A stretch of 64,000 nucleotides of DNA from Flavobacteriaceae bacterium (GTDB taxonomy: Bacteria > Bacteroidota > Bacteroidia > Flavobacteriales > Flavobacteriaceae): NCBI GenBank assembly GCA_947457255.1, contig CANGUZ010000002.1, forward strand, positions 22,431-86,430. The letters are read 5' to 3'. Each line of letters opens with the position of its first letter. Positions within the stretch are counted from its first letter, which is position 1. The position numbers were made by a program, and so were the translations under genes. The notes beneath the pieces were generated by a model. The model worked only from the letters and a program-made list of their open reading frames with translations, searched no databases and was not told the DNA's origin. Below, piece after piece: positions 1 through 10,035 of the stretch.

Positions 1-459
1 GTCATTAGTAGTTGGCATATTAATGAATATGAATCTTTTGCAATGTGGCAGATTTTTACTCAAAAAAGTGAGGGCTTAGCGATTCAATCCACTTTAGGAC
101 GCTTACAAGAAGCATTAGTGCCTGAAACAACTTACAAACAACATATTGGCGAGGTAAATTATATAGATTACAAGAAAGAATATATTCCTTTTGACAATAC
201 CTTTTTCCCATTTTTATTTAAACGTAAAAGTTTTCAATACGAACGAGAAATCCGAATAATTTCAGATGTGACTTCACACAACTTAACTATTGACAACGGA
301 TTAAAAATAGACATTAATATTAACCAATTGATTGAAAAAATCTATATCCATCCCAAATCAGAAAACTGGTATAAAAATTTAGTGATTGAACTCGTTAAGC
401 GTCTTGGTTTTGATTTTGAAATAGAAAAATCAGATTTAGAAAGTGATATTTTGATATAG
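1..459 (+). CDS. DUF2971-like protein, 5' end outside window
   Basis: Frame is open from base 1 (VISSWHINEYESFAMWQIF); motifs SWH..ES.AMW and KRKSFQYEREIR. Confidence 0.7.
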   Translation, partial: VISSWHINEYESFAMWQIFTQKSEGLAIQSTLGRLQEALVPETTYKQHIGEVNYIDYKKEYIPFDNTFFPFLFKRKSFQYEREIRIISDVTSHNLTIDNGLKIDININQLIEKIYIHPKSENWYKNLVIELVKRLGFDFEIEKSDLESDILI

Positions 460-595
460 ATTTTAGCTTATTAAGCTCTAAAAAATTTAACGTTAGGACA
501 CTATTGATAGTTAATTCATGCAATTCTTTGTATAGTTTTTTTCTGTATTTCAGTAAAAAAAAATTGACTATTTTACCATAAAAACAAATATTCTT

Positions 596-1861
596 CTATG
601 TTTTTAATTTCTTCTTTCTAGCTGCTGGAAACAAAACATTGTTTAAAATCAATCGGAATCCTGGCGAGTTAGGATGCAAATCTAGTACAGTAGGTTCGTC
701 TCCTACTCTATGCTGATAATCCTCTGGATCGTGACCTCCATAAAAAGTAAACATCCCTTTACCTTTCTGCCCGTGAATGTATCGAGCTTCGCCATTTAAT
801 TCACAAGTCCCCATTACTAAAATATTAGATTTGATTAACTCTGATTCGTATGCGGTAGTTTGACCCATAAAGCCTTTGATAAGCTGAGTATGATTTTGAC
901 ACAACATACTAGGAATTGGATCCCATTTTGCAGAAAAATCCATGAGGGTAAAATAATCTTTTTCAAATGGAACCATTCTTCTTTTTTCAGTCATGTCAAT
1001 ATCAGAAAACTCATAATGTTCTGGTTTTCTATCGAGTATAAAGTTTTTAAAAGCAAATGTTTTATTGTAATCTATTTTAGTTTGATAATTAGCCTCACTT
1101 TCATCACCGTCAAACATAGATTCACAAATATCAACCCCTTCAGCAGCTAATGCAATATCAAAACTATCAGTTGCTGAACACATGGCAAACATGAACCCCC
1201 CGCCAATAACAAAGTCTCGAATTTTTTTGGCTACAGCTAATTTTTCTTCAGATACTTTTTTAAAACCTAATTTATTTGCTAAATCTTCAGCTTGCTTTTT
1301 TTGTTCAATATACCAGGGCGCATTTCTATAAATAGCAAAAAATTTACCGTACTGCCCCGTAAAATCTTCATGATGCAGGTGCAACCAATCGTACAACAAC
1401 AACTGATCTGTTAAAACTTCTTCATCATATATTGGTGTAAATGGAATTTCAGCGTAGGTTAAAACCATAGTTACCGCATCATCCCAAGGCTGTTTTCCTT
1501 TTGGAGTATAAACGGCTATTTTAGGTGCTTTTTCTAAAACAACTGCATCCATGTTTTGTGAAGGACTTGAAATCTCCATCAATATAGATTCTTGTTCACT
1601 ATCTGAAATGATTTCAAAACTAACTCCACGTATTTGACATTCTTTTCTAATTTCAGGTGAATCAGGTAATAAAAAAGAACCACCCCTGTAATTCAATAAC
1701 CAACTGGCTTTATATTGCTTGTCCAAACACCAATAGGTAATTCCGTAGGCTTTAAGATGGTTTTTTTGTGTAGTTTCATCCATTGGCAAAAGAACAAATG
1801 AAGCTTTTACTGAAAACGAAACAAAAAATAATATGAAATAAATTAACTTTTTGAAGTGCAT
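596..1861 (-). CDS. Conserved Bacteroidota exported protein (often auto-annotated 'asparagine synthetase B'), function unknown
   Basis: Start moved to MHFKK, which gives a signal peptide; motifs NHLKAYG, HLHHEDFTGQYGKF, FAMCSATD, GGHDPEDY. Confidence 0.65.
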   Translation of the reverse strand: MHFKKLIYFILFFVSFSVKASFVLLPMDETTQKNHLKAYGITYWCLDKQYKASWLLNYRGGSFLLPDSPEIRKECQIRGVSFEIISDSEQESILMEISSPSQNMDAVVLEKAPKIAVYTPKGKQPWDDAVTMVLTYAEIPFTPIYDEEVLTDQLLLYDWLHLHHEDFTGQYGKFFAIYRNAPWYIEQKKQAEDLANKLGFKKVSEEKLAVAKKIRDFVIGGGFMFAMCSATDSFDIALAAEGVDICESMFDGDESEANYQTKIDYNKTFAFKNFILDRKPEHYEFSDIDMTEKRRMVPFEKDYFTLMDFSAKWDPIPSMLCQNHTQLIKGFMGQTTAYESELIKSNILVMGTCELNGEARYIHGQKGKGMFTFYGGHDPEDYQHRVGDEPTVLDLHPNSPGFRLILNNVLFPAARKKKLKT

Positions 1862-1954
1862 TCTTAAATTTTTATCATTCAAAGATAATTGATTAAATTT
1901 AAATAAAATCATAAAAAAAATCCACTATCGCTAGTAGATTTAAATTTCAATTCT

Positions 1955-3499
1955 TTAAAAAGGAACATCACTTTCGTCCTCCTGCTGATTCAAGTTACTT
2001 CCAAAAGCTTCATTTGGAGAAGGAAGATTTTTTGTTGTAAACGGATTGTCTTCATGATTCATTTTTGAAGGAAGGTCATCATAATTTCCTCCGTATTCAT
2101 CTAGATTATCAAATTTACCTAGATTTCCAATAAACTTTAATCTAATATTTTCTAAGGAACCGTTTCTGTGTTTGGCAATAATAAATTCAGCTTGCCCCTG
2201 AGTTGGCGATTGCTCGTCATCATCCCATTCATCAATTTTGTAATATTCTGGGCGGTATATAAAGGATACAATATCGGCATCTTGCTCAATCGCTCCTGAT
2301 TCACGAAGATCAGAAAGTAATGGTCTTTTGCTAGAACCACGTGTTTCTACAGCACGAGATAATTGCGACAAAGCTATAACAGGAACACCTAATTCTTTAG
2401 CCAAGGCTTTTAAATTTCTAGAAATAGTAGAAATCTCTTGCTCTCTATTTCCGCCTCCTTTTCCGTTTCCTCCGGCAGTCATCAATTGTAAATAATCGAC
2501 TATTATAAGTTTTATTCCGTGTTGAGAAGCTAATCTTCGAGATTTTGCTCTTAAGTCGAATATTGATAATGAAGGAGTATCATCAATAAAAAGGGGTGCT
2601 TTTTCTAGATTTTTAACTTTTATGCTTAACTGTTCCCATTCGTGTTTTTCTAATTTTCCTGTTCTTAATTTTTCAGAAGACAAACCCGTTTCAGAAGAAA
2701 TTAAACGAGTTATTAACTGTACAGAAGACATCTCTAAAGAAAATAAAGCTACTGGGTGTCCGAAATCTATAGCAATATTTCTTGCCATAGAAAGTACAAA
2801 AGCTGTTTTACCCATACCCGGACGAGCTGCAATAATGATTAAATCACTTGGTTGCCAACCTGAGGTAATTTTATCTAGTTTTTCAAAACCAGTTGCAACT
2901 CCACTTAGACCTTCTTTTCCAGCAATTTCTTCGATGCGTTTTTTGGCTTGAATAACTAAACTTTGAGCTGTTTCAGAACTTCTTTTAATATTTCCTTGTG
3001 TTACTTCGTACAATTTAGATTCGGCTTTGTCTAATAAATCAAAAACGTCTGTAGTTTCGTCATACGATTCTTCGATGATTTCAGATGAAATTCGAATTAA
3101 ACTGCGTTGAATGTATTTTTGTAAAATAATACGGGAGTGAAACTCAATATGAGCAGATGACGATATTTTTTGAGTAAGTTGAATAAGATAAAAATCACCC
3201 CCGGCCAATTCTAACTTTGCATTCTTTTTTAACTGAGCCGAAACTGTTAACAAGTCAATAGGCTGTGTATCTGTGAACAACTGAACAATGGCTTCAAAAA
3301 TATGTTTATGAGCGTCTTTGTAAAAAGCATCAGATTGAAGAATATCAATAACCTCATCAACACCCTTTTTATCAATCATCATAGCGCCTAGAACAGCTTC
3401 CTCAAGGTCTAGAACCTGTGGAGGTAATTTCCCTTTCTCTAAATTGATAATGGTAGTTTTATCTACTTTTATTGGACTTATATTTCTGAAATTTTCCAT
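1955..3499 (-). CDS. dnaB: Replicative DNA helicase
   Basis: AARPGMGKT, IIVDYLQLM, LSQLSR, SDLRESGAIEQDAD; likely start MENFRN. Confidence 0.97.
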   Translation of the reverse strand: MENFRNISPIKVDKTTIINLEKGKLPPQVLDLEEAVLGAMMIDKKGVDEVIDILQSDAFYKDAHKHIFEAIVQLFTDTQPIDLLTVSAQLKKNAKLELAGGDFYLIQLTQKISSSAHIEFHSRIILQKYIQRSLIRISSEIIEESYDETTDVFDLLDKAESKLYEVTQGNIKRSSETAQSLVIQAKKRIEEIAGKEGLSGVATGFEKLDKITSGWQPSDLIIIAARPGMGKTAFVLSMARNIAIDFGHPVALFSLEMSSVQLITRLISSETGLSSEKLRTGKLEKHEWEQLSIKVKNLEKAPLFIDDTPSLSIFDLRAKSRRLASQHGIKLIIVDYLQLMTAGGNGKGGGNREQEISTISRNLKALAKELGVPVIALSQLSRAVETRGSSKRPLLSDLRESGAIEQDADIVSFIYRPEYYKIDEWDDDEQSPTQGQAEFIIAKHRNGSLENIRLKFIGNLGKFDNLDEYGGNYDDLPSKMNHEDNPFTTKNLPSPNEAFGSNLNQQEDESDVPF

Positions 3500-3587
3500 G
3501 TTGCGAATGTAACTAAAAAATAAAAAATTAAGAATTAGAGTTATTAGAAATAGATGTTGATAAATCGTTATTTTTTGTTTATAACTC

Positions 3588-3620
3588 AAAAAAAATCCGA
3601 AGCTATAGGGCTTCGGATTT
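3588..3620 (-). terminator. Intrinsic terminator after accA
   Basis: AAATCCGAAGC/GCTTCGGATTT stem with T-run on the minus strand. Confidence 0.75.
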
Positions 3621-3639
3621 AAAATTGTTTTGTAAGATT

Positions 3640-4593
3640 TTACTCTTTGAATTCGCCCATTTTACAGTATTTATCCATTCTTTGGGCTACTAATTCTGTT
3701 GTTGATAAATCTTTTAATTCATTATACGATTTCATGATATATTGCTCTACCGTTTTAAAAGTAGTTTCTTTATCATAATGCGCTCCCCCCAAAGGTTCTG
3801 GAATAATATCGTCAACTAATTTTTGTTTTTTCATATCGGCAGAAGTCAGTTTTAGAGCTTCTGCAGCTTGTTCTTTATATTCCCAACTTTTCCAAAGAAT
3901 AGAGGAACATGATTCAGGTGAAATTACAGAATACCAAGTATTCTCCATCATTAAAACTCTATCCCCAACGCCTATTCCTAAAGCACCTCCTGAAGCACCT
4001 TCTCCTACAATCACTGAGATAATTGGAGTTTTAAGTCGGCACATTTCAAAAATGTTTCTAGCAATTGCTTCTCCTTGACCTCGCTCTTCAGCTTCAAGTC
4101 CAGGGTATGCACCTGGGGTATCGATTAAAGTAAGTACAGGAATATTGAATTTTTCGGCCATTTTCATCAATCGCAACGCTTTTCTGTAGCCTTCAGGATT
4201 TGCCATTCCAAAATTACGCAACTGACGCATTTTCATGTTAATTCCTTTTTGTTGACCAACAATCATAAAAGATTGCCCATCAATTTTTCCTAAGCCACCA
4301 ACCATAGCCTTATCGTCTTTAAAACTTCTATCTCCAAAAAGTTCTAAAAAAGTTCCTTTTGTTAAATTAGTAATATGCTCTAAAGTATAAGGTCTATTGG
4401 GATGACGAGACAACTGAACACGTTGCCAAGCTGTAAGGTTTTTGTATATTTCTTTCTTAGTATTTTCTAGTTTTTTTTCTATTTGTTTGCAAGTATTGGT
4501 AACATCGATATTAGATTCCTGACCAATTGCTTGACATTTTTCTAGTTGGTCTTCTAATTCTTTAATAGGAAGCTCAAAATCTAAATATTCCAT
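3640..4593 (-). CDS. accA: Acetyl-CoA carboxylase carboxyltransferase alpha
   Basis: [40 protein letters not shown]. Confidence 0.97.
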   Translation of the reverse strand: MEYLDFELPIKELEDQLEKCQAIGQESNIDVTNTCKQIEKKLENTKKEIYKNLTAWQRVQLSRHPNRPYTLEHITNLTKGTFLELFGDRSFKDDKAMVGGLGKIDGQSFMIVGQQKGINMKMRQLRNFGMANPEGYRKALRLMKMAEKFNIPVLTLIDTPGAYPGLEAEERGQGEAIARNIFEMCRLKTPIISVIVGEGASGGALGIGVGDRVLMMENTWYSVISPESCSSILWKSWEYKEQAAEALKLTSADMKKQKLVDDIIPEPLGGAHYDKETTFKTVEQYIMKSYNELKDLSTTELVAQRMDKYCKMGEFKE

Positions 4594-4729
4594 AGGATTT
4601 ATTCTGTTTTATTGTAATTAGGGAAACAAAGATAAAATTTAAAATTGTGAACGAAAGAATTTTTCAAAATTAGTTGTAATTATTTTATTAAAACATCTTT
4701 TTTTAGATTATAAAAAAAATGGAAAGAAA

Positions 4730-5605
4730 TTATTTTTTATAATATTTTACCATTCCGTTCAAAACGACTGTCGAAAGTATAATAATTGCACCAATATAAA
4801 ACTCAAAACTCATTTTTTCTTTTTCATTAAAAACGAGAACTGCAAGTATAACCCCGTAAATTGGCTCTAGATTTATAGTTAGCATTACCGTATATGGACT
4901 TAAAAACTTCATGACCTTTACAGATACAATAAAAGCATAAGCGGTGCATATTGAACTTAATAATGCCAAGTAAATCCAATCAGAAGTTTTAATCGTAAAA
5001 AATGCCAAGTCAAAACTATTGGTTGCCAATAAATAAATTGAAATAAATAAAACACCAGCAAAAATTTCATAAAAAGAAATTATTGAAGGATTATAAACTT
5101 TAGCATATTTGCTATTAAAAATTGAAAAGAGAGCTGATAATAATGCCGAACACAAAGCATAAAGAATTCCCTCAATGTAATTTGCTTCTACTTTAAATAT
5201 AATTCCTAATCCAAAAACCACAATTAACCCGAAAAAAACTTCATAAAAAACAATTTTTCTTCCAATAAATAATGGCTCCAATAAGGAAGTAAAAAAAGCT
5301 CCAGTTGATAGACACGCTAGAGTTACAGACACATTGGAAACTTTGATAGCTTTAAAAAAAGTTAACCAATGCAAAGCGATTATTAATCCTAAAAATAAGA
5401 ATCCTATAAGTGCTTTTAGGGGTACTTTGTAAGAAAATTTTTTGAACCAAACATAAAGAAATATAAAAACGAAAGCGATTAACATTCTATACCAAACTAG
5501 TGGTATGGCATCGAGTGAAATTAAAGCTCCTAAAACAGCTGTGAATCCCCAAATAAAAACAATTATATGGAGATGAAGATAGCTTTTTAGATTATCGCTT
5601 TGCAT
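4730..5605 (-). CDS. DMT/EamA family transporter
   Basis: About 10 hydrophobic segments; IWGFT, NLEPIY motifs. Confidence 0.85.
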   Translation of the reverse strand: MQSDNLKSYLHLHIIVFIWGFTAVLGALISLDAIPLVWYRMLIAFVFIFLYVWFKKFSYKVPLKALIGFLFLGLIIALHWLTFFKAIKVSNVSVTLACLSTGAFFTSLLEPLFIGRKIVFYEVFFGLIVVFGLGIIFKVEANYIEGILYALCSALLSALFSIFNSKYAKVYNPSIISFYEIFAGVLFISIYLLATNSFDLAFFTIKTSDWIYLALLSSICTAYAFIVSVKVMKFLSPYTVMLTINLEPIYGVILAVLVFNEKEKMSFEFYIGAIIILSTVVLNGMVKYYKK

Positions 5606-6677
5606 TTCGTAAAAGATAAATGGCTAAGCTTCCGAAAACAATATTAGGTATCCAAACAGCAATAATTGGAGGTATTGTAGATGATTCTGCCATAACTCCA
5701 AAAATTTTCTCAAAAAACACAAAAGAAAAAGACAAAAGAATTCCTATCGCCAAATTCATTCCCATTCCACCTCGTCGTTTCATAGAAGAAACAGCAACAG
5801 CAATTATTGTTAATATAAATGCTGAAACCGGAACGCTATACTTTTTGTATAAAACAGTTAGGTAAACATTAATGTTTGCATTACCTCTACTTTTTTCCCT
5901 ATCAATAAAATCAATTAAATCAAAAAGACTTAACGTTTCAGCTACAAAAACGGTAGGTGTTAAATCGTCGAGTTCAAAATTGAACTTATGTACTTTTTGA
6001 TCGGCTTGCTCAATAAAATCATCAAGTTTTCCAACTGTTCTTTTGGTATATCCAAAAAGGGTGTACGTGCTATCTTTAGGATTCCATTTAATTCTATTGG
6101 CAGTAATTTTATAATCTAATTTATCGCCTTTGAATTTTTCGAGAGAGAAATTGAAAGCGGTTTTTGATATCGAATTAAAATTGCTTACATATATAAATTC
6201 ATCATCGCTAATTTGTCTAAAAACGTCTGACATTTGCCTCATTTCAGCTTGTCCGTTTCCTATAAGATAGGTGTACCTAAAATTTTTAAAACCCTCGCTC
6301 GCTTTTGGAACTAAAAAAAAGCCCATTAATAATGAAATTAATGAAACAAAAGTAGCTCCAATAATATAAGGTCTTAAAAAACGAGTAAATGAAATACCCG
6401 AACTCAGTATAGCAATTATCTCCGTATTATTTGCCAATTTTGAGGTAAACCAAATTATTGATAAAAACAAAAAAATTGGAAAAAGAATATTGGCAAAATA
6501 CACTACAAAATCAATATAATAACTGACAATTTCTTTAAAAGGCACTTTGTGCGCTATCATTTTATTGATCTTTTCAGAAACATCAATGATGATTCCTATA
6601 GGAATAAACAACAACAGCATCACTGAAAAAGTAGCTAAGTATCTTTTAAGAATGTATTTATCTATTATTGTAAGCAT
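5592..6677 (-). CDS. LPS export permease LptF/LptG family
   Basis: IIDKYILKRY start, EIIAILSSGIS, AVWIPN; the ORF-track upstream extension is a repeat element. Confidence 0.88.
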   Translation of the reverse strand: MLTIIDKYILKRYLATFSVMLLLFIPIGIIIDVSEKINKMIAHKVPFKEIVSYYIDFVVYFANILFPIFLFLSIIWFTSKLANNTEIIAILSSGISFTRFLRPYIIGATFVSLISLLMGFFLVPKASEGFKNFRYTYLIGNGQAEMRQMSDVFRQISDDEFIYVSNFNSISKTAFNFSLEKFKGDKLDYKITANRIKWNPKDSTYTLFGYTKRTVGKLDDFIEQADQKVHKFNFELDDLTPTVFVAETLSLFDLIDFIDREKSRGNANINVYLTVLYKKYSVPVSAFILTIIAVAVSSMKRRGGMGMNLAIGILLSFSFVFFEKIFGVMAESSTIPPIIAVWIPNIVFGSLAIYLLRNAKR

Positions 6678-6680
6678 TTT

Positions 6681-6734
6681 TTTGTTTAATCGTTGAACTA
6701 TTTCATTGTTTAACCGAATCAACGATTAAGCAAA
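6681..6734. repeat. Palindrome built from degenerate 8-mer units
   Basis: TTTGTTTAATCGTTGA ... TCAACGATTAAGCAAA. Confidence 0.7.
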
Positions 6735-6745
6735 TCAACCTGAAA

Positions 6746-7876
6746 TTACAATCTTTGGCTCATATTTTTTACCATCATTTCTTTCCAAACTCTGAAATCT
6801 CCTGCTAATATATGCTTTCTAGCCTCACGAACCAACCACATATAAAACCCAAGATTATGAATAGTAGCAATTTGTTTACCCAAATATTCATTTGCTGCAA
6901 ATAAATGTCTTAAATAAGCTTTTGTATACTCGGTATCAACGAAAGTTATTCCCATTTCATCTAACGGAGAAAAGTCGTCTTCCCACTTTTTATTTTTTAT
7001 ATTTATGGTTCCGTTTGCAGTAAATAGCATTCCGTTTCTTGCGTTACGAGTTGGCATTACACAATCGAACATATCTATACCAAGAGCAATATTTTCTAAA
7101 ATATTTATTGGTGTTCCTACACCCATCAAGTATCTCGGTTTGTCTTCAGGTAAAATATCACAAACTATTTCGGACATAGCATACATTTCTTCAGCAGGTT
7201 CGCCTACTGACAACCCTCCTATGGCATTGCCTTGCTGTCCTGCATTTGCAATGTATTCCGCCGATTGCATTCTTAAATCTTTATAAGTACTCCCTTGTAC
7301 AATTGGAAAAAATGTTTGGTCATATCCGTACTTTGTAGGCACTTTCTCTAAATGATTGATACAACGGTCTAACCAACGGTGCGTCATTTTCATCGAGCGT
7401 TGCGCATACCTATAATCACAAGGATACGGGGTACATTCATCAAAAGCCATGATGATATCTGCTCCAATGGTTCGTTGAATTTCCATTACATTTTCAGGCG
7501 TGAAAAAATGATATGAACCGTCAATGTGCGATTTAAACTTTACGCCCTCTTCTTTTATTTTTCTGTTTGCCGATAACGAATACACTTGATAACCGCCTGA
7601 ATCAGTCAAAATATTTCTATCCCAATTCATAAATTTATGTAACCCTCCCGCCTTTTCTAAAATTTGTGTTTGAGGTCTTAAATACAAATGATAAGTGTTT
7701 CCGAGGATAATATCTGGATTTATCTCTTCTTTTAGTTCGCGTTGATGCACCCCTTTTACAGAAGCAACTGTCCCAACAGGCATAAAAATTGGAGTTTCAA
7801 TTATACCATGATCAGTAGTAATGCTTCCTGCTCTGGCTTTTGTTTGCGGGTCCTTATGTAATAAATCAAACTTCAT
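6746..7876 (-). CDS. tgt: tRNA-guanine transglycosylase
   Basis: TPIFMPVGT, NTYHL, TDSGGYQ, YLMGVG, DMFDCVMPTR. Confidence 0.97.
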   Translation of the reverse strand: MKFDLLHKDPQTKARAGSITTDHGIIETPIFMPVGTVASVKGVHQRELKEEINPDIILGNTYHLYLRPQTQILEKAGGLHKFMNWDRNILTDSGGYQVYSLSANRKIKEEGVKFKSHIDGSYHFFTPENVMEIQRTIGADIIMAFDECTPYPCDYRYAQRSMKMTHRWLDRCINHLEKVPTKYGYDQTFFPIVQGSTYKDLRMQSAEYIANAGQQGNAIGGLSVGEPAEEMYAMSEIVCDILPEDKPRYLMGVGTPINILENIALGIDMFDCVMPTRNARNGMLFTANGTINIKNKKWEDDFSPLDEMGITFVDTEYTKAYLRHLFAANEYLGKQIATIHNLGFYMWLVREARKHILAGDFRVWKEMMVKNMSQRL

Positions 7877-7915
7877 ATAATTATTTTCAGTCGGCAAAGA
7901 TAAAAGATTTAGCAC

Positions 7916-7938
7916 TTAGGATTTAAGATTTAGGATTT
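7916..7938. repeat. Short heptamer tandem repeat
   Basis: TTAGGAT TTAAGAT TTAGGAT TT. Confidence 0.5.
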
Positions 7939-8042
7939 TATTTAACAGACAATAGTTACTCTTATGATAACTATTATGAAAATCATTTGTCTTAAGAGAA
8001 AATAAAAATTACTTTTGCCAAAGTTTAACTTTAATATATAAA

Positions 8043-8891
8043 ATGAAGCCTAACATACAACAATTAAACGATTTAACTATTCAAGTAAGAAGAGACATTC
8101 TTAGAATGGTTCATGCAGTAAATTCAGGACATCCTGGAGGTTCTCTTGGCTGTACCGAATTTTTAATAGCCCTATACCAAAACCTAATGGATAGAAAAGA
8201 AGGTTTTGATATGGACGGAATTGGCGAGGATCTTTTCTTTCTTTCTAATGGTCATATTTCACCTGTTTTCTATAGTGTTCTTGCCAGAAGTGGTTATTTT
8301 CCTATTGCTGAATTAGCCACATTTAGATTGCTTAACAGTCGTTTACAAGGGCATCCTACAACTCATGAAGGTTTGCCTGGAGTTAGAATTGCATCAGGTT
8401 CTTTAGGACAAGGAATGTCAGTAGCTATTGGTGCTGCCCAAGCTAAAAAATTAAACGGAGACAATCATATCATCTATTCCCTTCATGGGGATGGCGAATT
8501 GCAAGAAGGACAAAACTGGGAAGCCATTATGTATGCTTCTGCAAAAAAAGTTGACAATCTTATTGCCACTATCGATTTAAACGGAAAACAAATTGATGGT
8601 ACTACTGATGAAGTATTGGCAATGGGAAACATTCGTGCTAAATTTGAAGCTTTTGATTGGGATGTTTTGGAAATAAAAGAAGGAAACAATCTTGAGGCTA
8701 TTATTGCCGGGATGACCGATGCAAAATCAAGAACAGGAAAAGGAAAACCTGTTTGTGTTTTATTGCATACCGAAATGGGTAATGGCGTTGATTATATGAT
8801 GTACAGTCATGCTTGGCATGGTAAAGCACCAAATGACGCACAATTAGAAAACGCATTAAGTCAAAACCAAGAAACTTTAGGAGACTATTAA
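8043..8891 (+). CDS. Transketolase N-terminal subunit
   Basis: SGHPGGSL, LQGHP, GSLGQG, TPP motif GDGELQEG. Confidence 0.95.
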   Translation: MKPNIQQLNDLTIQVRRDILRMVHAVNSGHPGGSLGCTEFLIALYQNLMDRKEGFDMDGIGEDLFFLSNGHISPVFYSVLARSGYFPIAELATFRLLNSRLQGHPTTHEGLPGVRIASGSLGQGMSVAIGAAQAKKLNGDNHIIYSLHGDGELQEGQNWEAIMYASAKKVDNLIATIDLNGKQIDGTTDEVLAMGNIRAKFEAFDWDVLEIKEGNNLEAIIAGMTDAKSRTGKGKPVCVLLHTEMGNGVDYMMYSHAWHGKAPNDAQLENALSQNQETLGDY

Positions 8892-9004
8892 TCTCCACCT
8901 AGCCTCCCCGAAGGAGAGGGACAGCTACAAAAATTGATAAATAAAAATATAAAAACCTATTTACCCCAATAGGAACTCCCCTCATTTGGAGGGGTTGGGG
9001 GAGG
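8892..9004. repeat. GC-rich REP/MITE-like palindromic element
   Basis: TCTCCACCTAGCCTCCCCGAAGGAGAGG ... CTCCCCTCATTTGGAGGGGTTGGGGGAGG; two internal hairpins with complementary outer arms. Confidence 0.7.
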
Positions 9005-9007
9005 AAA

Positions 9008-9961
9008 ATGAAAAAATATACAAATACAGGAAGTAAAGATACCCGTTCCGGTTTTGGAGCAGGAATGACCGAGTTGGGTCAAAAAAATGAAAATGTAGTA
9101 GCGCTTTGTGCTGACTTAATAGGTTCATTAAAATTTGACGATTTCAAAAAAAATCATCCAGAACGTTTTTTTCAAATAGGAATTGCCGAAGCCAACATGA
9201 TTGGTATTGCAGCCGGCTTAACTATTGGCGGAAAAATTCCTTTTACTGGGACGTTTGCCAACTTTTCTACAGGAAGAGTTTACGATCAAATTCGTCAATC
9301 AGTAGCTTATTCCGATAAAAACGTGAAAATCTGTGCTTCGCATGCAGGTTTAACTTTAGGAGAAGACGGAGCAACACATCAAATTTTAGAAGATATTGGA
9401 TTAATGAAAATGTTGCCAGGAATGACTGTAATTAACACTTGTGATTACAATCAAACTAAAGCGGCTACATTGGCAATTGCTGACCATCACGGGCCGGTTT
9501 ACTTGCGTTTTGGACGTCCTGTTGTTGCTAACTTTACACCAGCTGATGAACCTTTCGAAATAGGGAAAGCTATTCTTTTAAACGAAGGTTCAGATGTAAC
9601 TATTGTTGCAACAGGACATTTGGTTTGGGAAGCTTTAATTGCTGCCGAAGCGTTAGAAGCTAAAGGAATTTCAGCAGAAGTTATCAATATTCACACCATC
9701 AAACCATTAGACGAAGCTGCCATTTTAAAATCATTAGCTAAAACAAAATGTATCGTTACTGCCGAAGAACACAATATCCTTGGCGGATTAGGAGAAAGCA
9801 TTTCTAGAGTACTGACTTTGAATAATCCGGCGCCGCAAGAATTTGTTGCCGTTCAGGATAGTTTTGGCGAAAGTGGTACTCCAGAGCAATTAATGGAAAA
9901 ATACAAACTCAACAATCAAGCTATTGTTGCAGCTGTTGAAAAAGTAATAAAGAGAAAATAA
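9008..9961 (+). CDS. Transketolase C-terminal subunit
   Basis: GIAEANM, GEDGATHQ, GPVYLR, TIKPLD, EEH. Confidence 0.95.
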   Translation: MKKYTNTGSKDTRSGFGAGMTELGQKNENVVALCADLIGSLKFDDFKKNHPERFFQIGIAEANMIGIAAGLTIGGKIPFTGTFANFSTGRVYDQIRQSVAYSDKNVKICASHAGLTLGEDGATHQILEDIGLMKMLPGMTVINTCDYNQTKAATLAIADHHGPVYLRFGRPVVANFTPADEPFEIGKAILLNEGSDVTIVATGHLVWEALIAAEALEAKGISAEVINIHTIKPLDEAAILKSLAKTKCIVTAEEHNILGGLGESISRVLTLNNPAPQEFVAVQDSFGESGTPEQLMEKYKLNNQAIVAAVEKVIKRK

Positions 9962-9980
9962 ATCGTTTTTTCTTAAACCA

Positions 9981-10020
9981 AAAAAATCCCGACTTGTAAA
10001 TTAACGAGTCGGGATTTTTT
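9981..10020. terminator. Bidirectional intrinsic terminator
   Basis: AAAAAATCCCGACT/AGTCGGGATTTTTT between convergent genes. Confidence 0.85.
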
Positions 10021-10035
10021 GTGATTTAGTTTATT

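Noticed and set aside
1955-3499. Possible intein in DnaB
   Set aside because: Length (~514 aa) and contiguous motifs leave no room for one
6678-6722. N-terminal extension of the LptF/G ORF (MIRLNNEIVQRLNKK)
   Set aside because: It is translation through the palindromic repeat; the family-typical start is MLTIIDKY
8043-9961. Split transketolase as a frameshifted pseudogene
   Set aside because: Two-subunit transketolases are normal in Bacteroidota and both halves are intact
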